DNA from: a gamma proteobacterium SCGC AAA076-P13
GTDB lineage: Bacteria; Pseudomonadota; Gammaproteobacteria; Magnimaribacterales; D2472
Assembly: GCA_000384935.1 (NCBI GenBank)
Contig: ARRA01000001.1
Location: 167,810-231,809 of the forward strand
Direction of reading: 5' to 3'
DNA length: 64,000 nucleotides
A program made the translations under genes and the position numbers. Below are positions 8,064 through 17,143 of the stretch, in pieces. Numbering within the stretch: the stretch's first letter is position 1; each line of letters begins with the position of its first letter. The notes below the pieces were generated by a model. The model had not been told where the DNA came from and did not search any database. It worked only from the letters and a program-made list of their open reading frames with translations.

Positions 8064-11000
8064 TTACAGCTTGTATCTGAAACCTAATTTGTAAACAGGT
8101 CCTTGATCTTGATATAAGAAAAGCATTTCATTGTGTCTTGCAAACAATCTTACATCTTCATCTGTAATATTTTGCGCTTCAATAAATACAACTGAATTCT
8201 CATTAACATTATATGATGCACTAAAATCAACTTGACCTCTTTCTTCAACAAATAGAGGATTGTATGAGTCCATACCAGCATATGTCTCAGCTTTTAAATT
8301 ATAAGAAATTCTTGCTGAATATTTTTCATCTTCATAGAAGACTGATAAGTTAGCTGCGTCACCAAATCCAGGTAAAGCAAACTGCTCACCAACATAAGCT
8401 GCGTCTACATCAGTGTCACCACCAACAAGAGTTGCATTAGCTAGAACACCAAAGTTATTATCAAATAAATGTTGAACTGATACTTCAAAACCATCAAGAG
8501 TTCCATCATATTTGTTAACAGGTCTGAATACTTCGAATTGTGCTAAAGGATCTCCATCAGCTGCACTTCCAACAAATACTGCATTACCATCACCGCCTGT
8601 ACTTGTAACACAACCTGCTTCAGATCTACCTGATGCGGCACAACCAAATGTGAACCCAGTTCCAGCTATCCACGCATAGTCTTGAACTTGGTTAACCCAA
8701 GGAGCACAACCCCAGTAGCCTTGACTTGCTGTCCACTGACAAAAGGCATCATTTACATTATTGTCGATTCCAGCATTCAAACCACCGGCTGTAACATCAG
8801 CAACATTATTAAATGATGTAGTTCCTTGACCAGATCCATGATAGTCAGAAATATCTTTTCTAAAGTAGTTCACAGCAAAATAGCTGCCTTCTTTATAGTA
8901 ATGTTCATAGGCAACATCAAAGTTCTCTGCAGTATATGGCTGTAAGTTAGGGTTACCTGAAAATACTTGTCTAGGTGTAAATGGAGTGTATGAAGACATA
9001 GTAAATGAACTGCTTAATGTTTCTAAAGCAGGTCTTGATAATGTCTTACTTGCACTAAATCTTACTAGTTGATTTTCAGCAAATTCGTACGAAATATTGA
9101 AGTTAGGTAAGAATGAGTCACTCGCACCTGTATCAACAAAAGTTTGTACCGGTCCATCAACCATATTAATCCTTTGCGGGCCATATGCTACACCTTCATA
9201 GCCATAGTCTCCGAATCCCCAAATTGTTGCAACAGGTAATGCTGCTGCACCAATAGATGATCTAGTAACATCTTCATATCTTAGCCCAAGCTGAGCTCTT
9301 ACCTCTCCACCATTTGAAGTTACGTATTCGAAATTAAAGTTTGCATAAAGTGATTCGATAACTTCTGAAACAGATTCATCGCTATCAACCGCACCTTTAC
9401 ACATGACTCCTCTTGTAGTTGTCTGAAGTCCAGTTGCTCCATTAGTAAGTCCGTTAGGATTGCCGTTAGCATCAACAGCATCATCAGCAGTACATTCCCA
9501 TGTATCATGACCATTAGCTGAGAACCAATTTTCTCCCATGAATGAATAGTTTAGCCAACCAGTTCTTTCAAACAAGTATTGAGCCTGTTGAGGATCCATA
9601 GCTAAGTAATGAGTATTAGTACCTGACCCTAAATAGTCAACAAGATTTACTTTTGTAAATGCTGCATCGTCCCAAAGGGCATATGCCAACATTATTGGAT
9701 TACCAGGTCCTAAGTTTGAACTTCCTTTCATATCATTTCTATACTTTTGAGCAACAAAATTTTGTTTTAATCTAGAAATACCAAACTCAACAGATGTAAG
9801 TGATTCCATTACAAGACCAGAGTCGTTATCCCATACTCCATTGAATTGAATTTGTGAATTATCACTTCTTTTATCTTCGTATACGATTGAACCTTCTCTA
9901 GCAACCATGTCTTGTGCATCGAATTCTGTTATATCATTTATTTGAGCAACACCATTAGCATCACAGCAATAAAATCTTTTATTTAACCAGCTTAACGCAC
10001 CAACAGGGTTGTTAAAATCAAATCTTCTGTCAAACATTGAACCTGCTTGTTCAAAGATTCCAGCTTGACCAAACCCAGGCCATGAACCGCCAGTAAAGGT
10101 AACGTTGTTGTCAGCATATGATCCATCTGGATTACCTTTTTTAGCAGCTGTTGAATTGTGATAATCAATTTCTAAAGTTAGAGTGTCTGAAGCAGCAATT
10201 TCAATATTTAAGCCTAAAGATTTATTAGTGCTTTTGTTTTCACCCCATGTAACTGAGTTAGTAAAGCTTTCGCCATAAAAAACGTCATTAGCTTGATGAG
10301 TTTCCATACCACTTACTACAGCGCCATTTTCATTGATAACCATTTCTCTATTGTTCCAACCAGCAAAATATGATCCAAACTGAACACCGTCAGTTTCAAA
10401 TTCAACATCTGACCATGTGTAATCTAAAGTAGTTCTAACTTTTCCTAATTCAAACTGGAAAGCAGTTTGAGCGTTATTTCTAACTCTTTTGTTATTTTTA
10501 AATTTGTAATTTAGAGCTTCAGGATAAAAAATTTCACCATCAGTTCTTTTACTGTTGTTAGTAACAACTGAGTTACTAGGAAATCTATATGTTAAGCCTT
10601 CATCAACCATCGGCAACCATGCAATTTCGTTAGTACCATCTTCTCTATTCTCTCTATCTTGATGTGATCCAGAAATTGAGAAGCCCCATGACATATCGTT
10701 GTACATATTTTTTGTAGCATATAAAAAGTCTACTTCAGGAGTAACATCCCCTTTTGAATGATCATAAGCTCTTGCAGAAACTGATCCAATTGTATCCTGG
10801 CCAATATCTAATGGTTTTGTTGTTACCATGTTTACTGTAGAACCCAGACCACCAGTAGGCAAAGTTGCGTTAGCTGATTTATAAACCTCAACAGCAGCAA
10901 TACCGTGTGCTGAAATATCACCAAAATTAAATGATCTTCCACCTACATACCTTCCTGGTACTGTTGGCATTGACCTTCCATTTAAGGTAACCAAGTTAAA

Positions 11001-11309
11001 CTCAGGCCCTAAACCTCTGACAGAGATCTTTGTACCTTCATCATTACTTCTTTCAGTTGTAACACCTACAAGCCTTGCAAGTGATTCAGCAAGGTTTCCG
11101 TCTGGAAACTTACCAATGTCTTCAGCTGAAATAGCATCAACAACACCGACATTTTTTCTTTTAATGTTGATTGCATCAATTAAGCTATTTCTAATACCAG
11201 TTGTTACGATTTCTTCAACTGCTGCTTCATCAGCTTCTTCAGCCTCTTGAGCATTTACAAACGTTGATAGTGGTAGTAATACCATTAATGATAATAAATA
11301 TTTGTTCAC
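8064..11309 (-). CDS. TonB-dependent outer-membrane receptor
   Basis: 1081 aa. Signal peptide, TonB-box-like EEIVTTG, plug region VVDAISAEDIGKFPDGNLAESLARLVGV, and a long beta-barrel ending ...YKLGFRYKL. GTG start preceded by AAAGGGGA. Confidence 0.92.
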   Translation of the reverse strand: MNKYLLSLMVLLPLSTFVNAQEAEEADEAAVEEIVTTGIRNSLIDAINIKRKNVGVVDAISAEDIGKFPDGNLAESLARLVGVTTERSNDEGTKISVRGLGPEFNLVTLNGRSMPTVPGRYVGGRSFNFGDISAHGIAAVEVYKSANATLPTGGLGSTVNMVTTKPLDIGQDTIGSVSARAYDHSKGDVTPEVDFLYATKNMYNDMSWGFSISGSHQDRENREDGTNEIAWLPMVDEGLTYRFPSNSVVTNNSKRTDGEIFYPEALNYKFKNNKRVRNNAQTAFQFELGKVRTTLDYTWSDVEFETDGVQFGSYFAGWNNREMVINENGAVVSGMETHQANDVFYGESFTNSVTWGENKSTNKSLGLNIEIAASDTLTLEIDYHNSTAAKKGNPDGSYADNNVTFTGGSWPGFGQAGIFEQAGSMFDRRFDFNNPVGALSWLNKRFYCCDANGVAQINDITEFDAQDMVAREGSIVYEDKRSDNSQIQFNGVWDNDSGLVMESLTSVEFGISRLKQNFVAQKYRNDMKGSSNLGPGNPIMLAYALWDDAAFTKVNLVDYLGSGTNTHYLAMDPQQAQYLFERTGWLNYSFMGENWFSANGHDTWECTADDAVDANGNPNGLTNGATGLQTTTRGVMCKGAVDSDESVSEVIESLYANFNFEYVTSNGGEVRAQLGLRYEDVTRSSIGAAALPVATIWGFGDYGYEGVAYGPQRINMVDGPVQTFVDTGASDSFLPNFNISYEFAENQLVRFSASKTLSRPALETLSSSFTMSSYTPFTPRQVFSGNPNLQPYTAENFDVAYEHYYKEGSYFAVNYFRKDISDYHGSGQGTTSFNNVADVTAGGLNAGIDNNVNDAFCQWTASQGYWGCAPWVNQVQDYAWIAGTGFTFGCAASGRSEAGCVTSTGGDGNAVFVGSAADGDPLAQFEVFRPVNKYDGTLDGFEVSVQHLFDNNFGVLANATLVGGDTDVDAAYVGEQFALPGFGDAANLSVFYEDEKYSARISYNLKAETYAGMDSYNPLFVEERGQVDFSASYNVNENSVVFIEAQNITDEDVRLFARHNEMLFLYQDQGPVYKLGFRYKL

Positions 11310-11389
11310 AGATTATTCCCCTTTTATGTGTAAAACAGCGGCCATTAAACAACATTGTTGTTTATACGTCAAGAATATGAAGAAAGATA

Positions 11390-11418
11390 AAATAAATGTA
11401 AATATTTTACATTTATTT
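11390..11418. promoter_or_regulatory. perfect 13-bp-arm inverted repeat upstream of the receptor gene (candidate operator)
   Basis: AATAAATGTAAA-TAT-TTTACATTTATT: arms at 11390-11402 and 11406-11418 pair at all 13 positions. It lies 81-109 nt upstream of the receptor start codon. Confidence 0.3.
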
Positions 11419-11449
11419 ATGGAGAAGAAATAATAAGTAAGTGTATATA

Positions 11450-11482
11450 AAAAACAAAACCCAGCCTAATAAGACTGGGTTT
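11450..11482 (-). terminator. intrinsic terminator after the RRM-protein gene
   Basis: Stem AAACCCAG / CTGGGTTT (11457-11464 / 11475-11482) with a 10-nt loop. On the minus strand it is followed by TTTTGTTTTTT. Confidence 0.6.
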
Positions 11483-11517
11483 AATTTAAATGAATTTGTT
11501 TAAGATTAAGTGATTAC

Positions 11518-11772
11518 TTATCTTGTTTCACGAGGTCTTGATTCATTCACAACTAATTTTCTGCCCTCTATTTCACTGTCATTTAGAGCTGCAATTGCTG
11601 CTTCAGCACCATCACTCATTTCAACAAAACCAAAGCCTCTAGAACGATTAGTCATTCTGTCAGTAATAATTTTTGCTGATGTTACAGAACCATGTTCTGC
11701 AAAAAGATTTTCAAGGTCTTGGTCGCTCATGCCCCAAGAAAGATTTCCAACGTATATATTCATAGTATCCAA
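11518..11772 (-). CDS. RRM-type (RNP-1/RNP-2) single-domain RNA-binding protein
   Basis: 84 aa. RNP-2 IYVGNL and RNP-1 RGFGFVEM at the canonical spacing. Confidence 0.9.
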   Translation of the reverse strand: MDTMNIYVGNLSWGMSDQDLENLFAEHGSVTSAKIITDRMTNRSRGFGFVEMSDGAEAAIAALNDSEIEGRKLVVNESRPRETR

Positions 11773-11824
11773 TAATTAAAAAAAACGTATCTTACAATAA
11801 AAATAACACTAATTGTTAAATTAT

Positions 11825-12763
11825 TTAATCTTTTAAAAACTCTAAGGTTTGCTCTCCAAACTCTGACCACCAGTTCATACCCATCAAATGTATTTTTTCT
11901 AAGTTAAGATCAGAGCTGTCATCAAGAATTTTATTGATATCGCCAAGCGGTGAATTGATTCTAAGGTATGAATCACCAATGATATCTTCAGCGATATCGT
12001 GATGAATTTCTGAGTCGAGCATCATACCCATAATATCATTTCGTAGCCAACCAACTCCACCCCAAACAGATGATGTTTCACCATTAATTTTCATCTTATT
12101 GAGGCCAGCCCCAATACTAAGAATTTTTATCTTGTCTGTTCCAAAGTACTCCTTTGCCTGCGCAAAGCCAATCATAGACGGGTTGTTGGTAACCACACCA
12201 CCGTCTATCATCCATAAACCATTCTCCATTTGATATGTTGGAAAATACATTGGTGCTGCGCTTGAGGCGCATACTGCATCAATAATGCTGATTTCAGGAG
12301 AAGAAAAATTACTATGAATGACATGAGATCTATTTTCAACATCATACGCTAATGTGACTAAAGGTTTTTTTACCTTTCCAAGCAAGTCTGTCGAGAATAT
12401 TTCATTCAATACCCCGACCCTCCCCTCAGATTCATATCTTGGTCTGGCTTGAACAAGAGATGCTTTATCCCAGAAAAATGAGGTTTTCATGATTCGTCCA
12501 AGATATTCTCTAGACCAGTATTTTTTTAATTCTGATGCTTGCATCCCATCATAAGCAAGGCAGGCTGCATTAAATGCTCCAGCACTAGTGCCAACAAACA
12601 TATCAAAGGAATCAAAGATTTTTTTTCCAGACTCTGCTTCAAGTTTTTTTAAAAAAACAATACCAGCGATAGCTCTAACTCCTCCGCCATCGAGTGAAAG
12701 AACTTTTTTAAACTTAGGCTGCTGCGAAGATTTTTTAAAAATATTAAAAAAATTATTCATCAC
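11825..12763 (-). CDS. patatin-like phospholipase
   Basis: 312 aa. Oxyanion motif LDGGGVRA, nucleophile GTSAG, and catalytic Asp in IDGGVVTNNP. Confidence 0.85.
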   Translation of the reverse strand: MMNNFFNIFKKSSQQPKFKKVLSLDGGGVRAIAGIVFLKKLEAESGKKIFDSFDMFVGTSAGAFNAACLAYDGMQASELKKYWSREYLGRIMKTSFFWDKASLVQARPRYESEGRVGVLNEIFSTDLLGKVKKPLVTLAYDVENRSHVIHSNFSSPEISIIDAVCASSAAPMYFPTYQMENGLWMIDGGVVTNNPSMIGFAQAKEYFGTDKIKILSIGAGLNKMKINGETSSVWGGVGWLRNDIMGMMLDSEIHHDIAEDIIGDSYLRINSPLGDINKILDDSSDLNLEKIHLMGMNWWSEFGEQTLEFLKD

Positions 12764-12795
12764 TTTATTGTAAACAGATAAATAATTTTAGATAT

Positions 12796-12822
12796 AAAAA
12801 AGGGCCTACAAAGACCCTTTTT
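12796..12822 (-). terminator. probable intrinsic terminator after 12838..13128
   Basis: AAAAAGGGCC..(loop)..GACCCTTTTT hairpin with one internal mismatch, followed by a T-run on the minus strand. Confidence 0.45.
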
Positions 12823-12837
12823 ATTTAATGCTGGTAA

Positions 12838-13128
12838 TTAGTTCTTAAGCCCAGAAACTGCATCTGTGTTTTCAGTTTCTTTAGTAACTGTTTTTAAGAT
12901 TGTGCAGCTGCCTTTTGATGAATCAAGCGTAAAAGCAACACAAGATGATCTGCTAGTGCAAAGAGCCTGACAGCTTTCTACTGTTCTGAATTTTTTTGAT
13001 GTTTTTACAGTTGCTATTTTTCCTGAGAATGAAATATCAGCTTTAGGCGTGAAGTTCATATCTGCAGCAAAAGCAGGAAGTGCAAACAATACAGCTGTTA
13101 ATGCAAAAATCGATGTTAGTTTTTTCAT
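12838..13128 (-). CDS. small secreted protein with a PAN/Apple-like four-Cys domain
   Basis: 96 aa. Signal peptide ending AFA, then ESCQALCTSRSSCVAFTLDSSKGSCTILK (C-x3-C-x5-C-x11-C, PAN-like spacing). Confidence 0.5.
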   Translation of the reverse strand: MKKLTSIFALTAVLFALPAFAADMNFTPKADISFSGKIATVKTSKKFRTVESCQALCTSRSSCVAFTLDSSKGSCTILKTVTKETENTDAVSGLKN

Positions 13129-13249
13129 ATTTATACCTTTATAGGGGGTTAGAAAATTAATATTTAGACCTACTTATGTAAGCACCGAACACATTCTAAA
13201 GAAATATGTATGCACTGTATACATTAAAAGTATATAGATAATGAGTCTA

Positions 13250-13564
13250 TTATTTGACTACTTTTAAATTTAGGAGATTGCTGGCCTGCTCTAGGCTTCC
13301 AGCGTTGGTAACATTTGAATATCCAGCATCAATTAATATTTGAGTGGCTCTTCCTGATCTATTTCCGCTTCTGCAATACAGATAGATTTGTTCATCTTTG
13401 TTTACAGAGTTTTTGATATTTAAAATATCTTGCCATTCTATATTTTTGGTGCCTTCTAAGTGGCCTGCTGACCACTCATCAGGAGTTCTAACATCAATTA
13501 CTATATTTGCATTTATTAAAGGCAGGAATAACATACCTAGAAGAAGTCTCTTATAAAAAGTCAT
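13250..13564 (-). CDS. periplasmic single-domain rhodanese (thiosulfate sulfurtransferase, PspE-like)
   Basis: 104 aa. Signal peptide, IDVRTPDEWSAGHLEG, and active-site loop YCRSGNRS. Its start overlaps the upstream stop (TAATG). Confidence 0.85.
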   Translation of the reverse strand: MTFYKRLLLGMLFLPLINANIVIDVRTPDEWSAGHLEGTKNIEWQDILNIKNSVNKDEQIYLYCRSGNRSGRATQILIDAGYSNVTNAGSLEQASNLLNLKVVK

Positions 13565-15243
13565 TAAGCCCAGTCCTCTAAAATCATATCTGATGCTTTT
13601 TCACCTATCATGATTGTTGGAGCATTTGTATTGCCCCCAACCAAGGTAGGCATAATAGATGCGTCTATTACCCTTAAACCAGATACCTTATGAACTTTCA
13701 ATCTTTCATTTACAACTGACATCTCATCACTACCCATTTTACATGTTCCAACCGGATGATAGACAGTGTCTGCGTCCTCTCTAATAGCTTGCTCAATGTC
13801 TTCATCATTATCTAAGTCAACTGGTCTTTGAACATGACCGCTTGTGTATTTCGATAAAGGTTCTTTATTCATAACTTTCATCATTTTTTTATAACCAGCA
13901 ACCATATCTCTCATATCGTCTGGATGAGATAAAAATTTCGGGTCTATTTTTGGATCATCTGTTGGATCTGCGGATTGAAGCGTAACCTCCCCTCTAGATT
14001 TGGGTCTAAGTAGGCACGTATGACAACTTAGCCCAGTGCCCCAGACACTTTCTCTTCCATGATCTACAACCATTCCTGGTGCAAAATGGAGTTGAATATC
14101 AGGAACTGTAATATCGTTTCTTGATCTAATAAAGCCACCAGCCTCAGCAACGGTTGAAGTAAACATTCCAGTCTTTATAAGAAGGTATTTAATAAGCTCA
14201 TACGGATACTTTAAGAAAATTGTTCCTAAAGAAAAACCAAATAGATTAAGAGACTTATATTTGTGAACAGATAAGTAATCTATGTGATCTTGAAGATTCT
14301 TCCCAACACCAGGCAAATCAACTTTATGCTCAATACCGTGCTTCGTAATCTCTTGCTCTGGCCCAATTCCAGATCTAAGCAATACCTGAGGAGAGCCAAA
14401 AGCGCCCGATGACAACAAAACTTCTTTAGTAGCATTAAGTGTGAACTCCTCGCCATCTTCTCCAATACATGACACACCGGTGGCCCTACTATCATTTACT
14501 AAAATTTTATTTACATTAGTGTCCGTTAAAACTGTCAAGTTTTCTCTCTCCAGTGCGGGGACTAGATATGCCTTAGCAGCACTACATCTCTTACCGTTTT
14601 TTTGAGTAGTTTGATAATACCCAATGCCCTCTTGGCTTTCGCCATTAAAGTCTTCATTAAAACCAAAAACCGATGATCCTGTTTCAACAAAATCGTCTAC
14701 AGGTTTATTTTTGTGACGAATATTAGCTACATTTAAGGGGCCATTCTGGCCATGGAAATCATTTTGATGAATTTCGTTGTGCTCTGCTTTCTTAAAGTAA
14801 GGTAGGATCTCATCATATGACCAACCATTATTTCCAAGCTCAGACCAGTGATCATAATCCCACTTGTGACCTCTAACATATAACATTGCATTGATTGAAC
14901 TAGAGCCGCCTAATGTTTTGCCTCGTGGTTGATATCCTCTTCTATGGTCTTCGACTTCAGATTCCACCTCATGTACGCCACCTGCTGAATCTACCATGGC
15001 CTTAACTGGCTCGGTTACTTTTACTTTCGCGAACTCTTTTTGAGGTTCAGTATTATAATTCCAGCTGTATTTACTTCCCGCTCCAAGGAATGCAAAGCCC
15101 AAGGGGACATGAAGTCGTACGTCAGTATCTCTTGATCCTGCTTCAATTAAACATACATTAAAGTCTGGGTTTGAACTTAGCCTGTTAGCAAGAACACAAC
15201 CTGCGGAGCCCGCACCTAAAATTATAAAATCATATTCTTTCAT
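13564..15243 (-). CDS. GMC-family FAD oxidoreductase (choline/alcohol dehydrogenase-like)
   Basis: 559 aa. YDFIILGAGSAGCVLANRLS at the N-terminus, GGSSSINAMLYVRG, and C-terminal HPVGTCKMG. Confidence 0.9.
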   Translation of the reverse strand: MKEYDFIILGAGSAGCVLANRLSSNPDFNVCLIEAGSRDTDVRLHVPLGFAFLGAGSKYSWNYNTEPQKEFAKVKVTEPVKAMVDSAGGVHEVESEVEDHRRGYQPRGKTLGGSSSINAMLYVRGHKWDYDHWSELGNNGWSYDEILPYFKKAEHNEIHQNDFHGQNGPLNVANIRHKNKPVDDFVETGSSVFGFNEDFNGESQEGIGYYQTTQKNGKRCSAAKAYLVPALERENLTVLTDTNVNKILVNDSRATGVSCIGEDGEEFTLNATKEVLLSSGAFGSPQVLLRSGIGPEQEITKHGIEHKVDLPGVGKNLQDHIDYLSVHKYKSLNLFGFSLGTIFLKYPYELIKYLLIKTGMFTSTVAEAGGFIRSRNDITVPDIQLHFAPGMVVDHGRESVWGTGLSCHTCLLRPKSRGEVTLQSADPTDDPKIDPKFLSHPDDMRDMVAGYKKMMKVMNKEPLSKYTSGHVQRPVDLDNDEDIEQAIREDADTVYHPVGTCKMGSDEMSVVNERLKVHKVSGLRVIDASIMPTLVGGNTNAPTIMIGEKASDMILEDWA

Positions 15244-15331
15244 GAAATTCTCCCCAAAATCATTATCTACAGTTTATGTTTAACTTCTATATCTGTAAAC
15301 TTATTAATACCTATAAAGTTTATGTGCTCCT

Positions 15332-16081
15332 ATGAGTTTATTTAATATATTTATTATTTTTTGGATCCTGGTGGCTGTCGCTACATTTATATACCTTTTT
15401 TTTAATAATGCTCCCTATGGCAGGCACATAGAGGACGGATGGGGAAGAAATATATCAGCAAGAGCTGGCTGGGTCATTATGGAATCGCCTTGCGTCATAT
15501 TGATGATCATATTTGGTTTAATAGTTAGGAATGACCTAGATTTAGTCCATGAAGTATTCTTGATGATTTGGTTAACTCACTACACTCATAGAACATTTAT
15601 TTACCCATTTGTGATTGACATGACAAACCCAAAAATGCCAATAAGCATAGCTGTATCAGCATTCTGTTTTAATCTAGTGAATGTTAGTATCCAGGCCTTT
15701 GGTATATTTTATTTTACGAGTTACTCTTCTGATTGGCTTTCATCTAATGCCTTTTTTATAGGCTTATCTTTATTTTTTGTTGGTATGTTTATTAATATCA
15801 GATCAGATTATTTAATTGTAGGCCTCAGAAGGAAAATGGGACCAGGCTATCATTTGCCTAATAAGTTCCTTCATAAGTATGTATCTTCCCCTAATTATTT
15901 TGGAGAAATCATAGAGTGGATTGGCTGGGCAATATTAACCTGGAGTATTTCAGGATTAGTTTTTTTACTTTGGACAATAGCTAACCTTTTCCCAAGGGCC
16001 ATAGCACATCATAAATGGTACCAAGAAAAATTTGAAAACTATCCTAAAAATAGAAAGGCTATCATTCCAGGAATAATCTAA
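15332..16081 (+). CDS. steroid 5-alpha-reductase family membrane oxidoreductase
   Basis: 249 aa, polytopic. C-terminal YVSSPNYFGEIIEWIGWAI motif characteristic of the 3-oxo-5-alpha-steroid 4-dehydrogenase family. Confidence 0.72.
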   Translation: MSLFNIFIIFWILVAVATFIYLFFNNAPYGRHIEDGWGRNISARAGWVIMESPCVILMIIFGLIVRNDLDLVHEVFLMIWLTHYTHRTFIYPFVIDMTNPKMPISIAVSAFCFNLVNVSIQAFGIFYFTSYSSDWLSSNAFFIGLSLFFVGMFINIRSDYLIVGLRRKMGPGYHLPNKFLHKYVSSPNYFGEIIEWIGWAILTWSISGLVFLLWTIANLFPRAIAHHKWYQEKFENYPKNRKAIIPGII

Positions 16082-17076
16082 ATTAAATCGTAATCAGCGA
16101 TTTGTTTTGCAGCGGCCAAAATAGATTCTTCTGCAGTAATAGGATCCCATCCAAGCACATCCTTTGCCTTAGATGTATTGCAGTCCCTTTGTTTTCCAGC
16201 CATTTTAGAAATAGTTTTTAAGTCACTTTTAAACAAAGCCATTACTTTTAATAAAAGGTTCGGCATATTTTTTTCAGGAGCTTTGTATCCATTAGCATTC
16301 AGGACATTAGCGATATCACTCATCCACATCTCTTTTTCAGAAACAATAAACCTTTCACCATCTGAATCAGCATTCTTCATAGCTAATATATGAGCCTTAG
16401 CAACATCCCTTACATCCACAATACCTATATGGATTTTGGCAAGAGCTGGCATGGAGCCGTTAAGCATTCTTAGGACCATTGAATTAGAAATGCCAACATC
16501 ATCTGACAATGATGGCCCTAGAACTCCAACAGGGTTGATTACAGTTAATTGATAACTTACATCATTGTCCTTTACATAATCCCATGCAGCCCTTTCGGCT
16601 AAAGTCTTGCTCTTCGAATAGAAAGTCATTTTGTCATTAGAGGTATCTGACCAATGAGTTTCATTAAAACTTGTAGTACCGTCAAAAGTGTCACCGACAG
16701 CAGCAAAGGATGAGGTTAACACCACTTTTTTAATATCATGCTTGTTAGCAAATTTTAAAGCCCTTAATGCGCCTTCTACAGCAGGCTTTACAAAAAACTC
16801 TTCGGTTTCATTTGAAAGTACAAATGGTGAAGCCACATGCAGAAGATAATCACAGCCAGACATAGCCTCATCCCAACCTTCATCGCTCATCAAATCAACA
16901 GGATATAAAGTAAGGTTTTCACAAGAAGTATTATGCTTTTCAAGCGACTGTCTTACTTCAGATTCTCTTTGCATTGATCGCAGAGTTCCGTTAACTGCAT
17001 AGCCTTGATCAAGAAGCTGTTGTATACAATGAAGGCCTATAAAACCTGTAGCGCCAGTTACTAATACTTTTTCCAT
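16078..17076 (-). CDS. NAD(P)-dependent extended SDR (dihydroflavonol/cinnamoyl-CoA/aldehyde reductase-like)
   Basis: 332 aa. VLVTGATGFIGLH Rossmann motif and catalytic YSKSK (Y-x3-K). Confidence 0.85.
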   Translation of the reverse strand: MEKVLVTGATGFIGLHCIQQLLDQGYAVNGTLRSMQRESEVRQSLEKHNTSCENLTLYPVDLMSDEGWDEAMSGCDYLLHVASPFVLSNETEEFFVKPAVEGALRALKFANKHDIKKVVLTSSFAAVGDTFDGTTSFNETHWSDTSNDKMTFYSKSKTLAERAAWDYVKDNDVSYQLTVINPVGVLGPSLSDDVGISNSMVLRMLNGSMPALAKIHIGIVDVRDVAKAHILAMKNADSDGERFIVSEKEMWMSDIANVLNANGYKAPEKNMPNLLLKVMALFKSDLKTISKMAGKQRDCNTSKAKDVLGWDPITAEESILAAAKQIADYDLI

Positions 17077-17143
17077 GTTTACCTCTATCTATAAATTGAA
17101 TTAATCATCATACATTAATTTATTTTTATATTAAGATTAGCTA

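Noticed and set aside
11825-12763. The patatin-like phospholipase as the effector of a CBASS-type or other anti-phage system.
   Set aside because: No cyclase, sensor, NTPase or other defence partner lies nearby. The flanking genes are an RRM protein and a small secreted protein, each with its own terminator. It is most simply a stand-alone lipid-metabolism enzyme.
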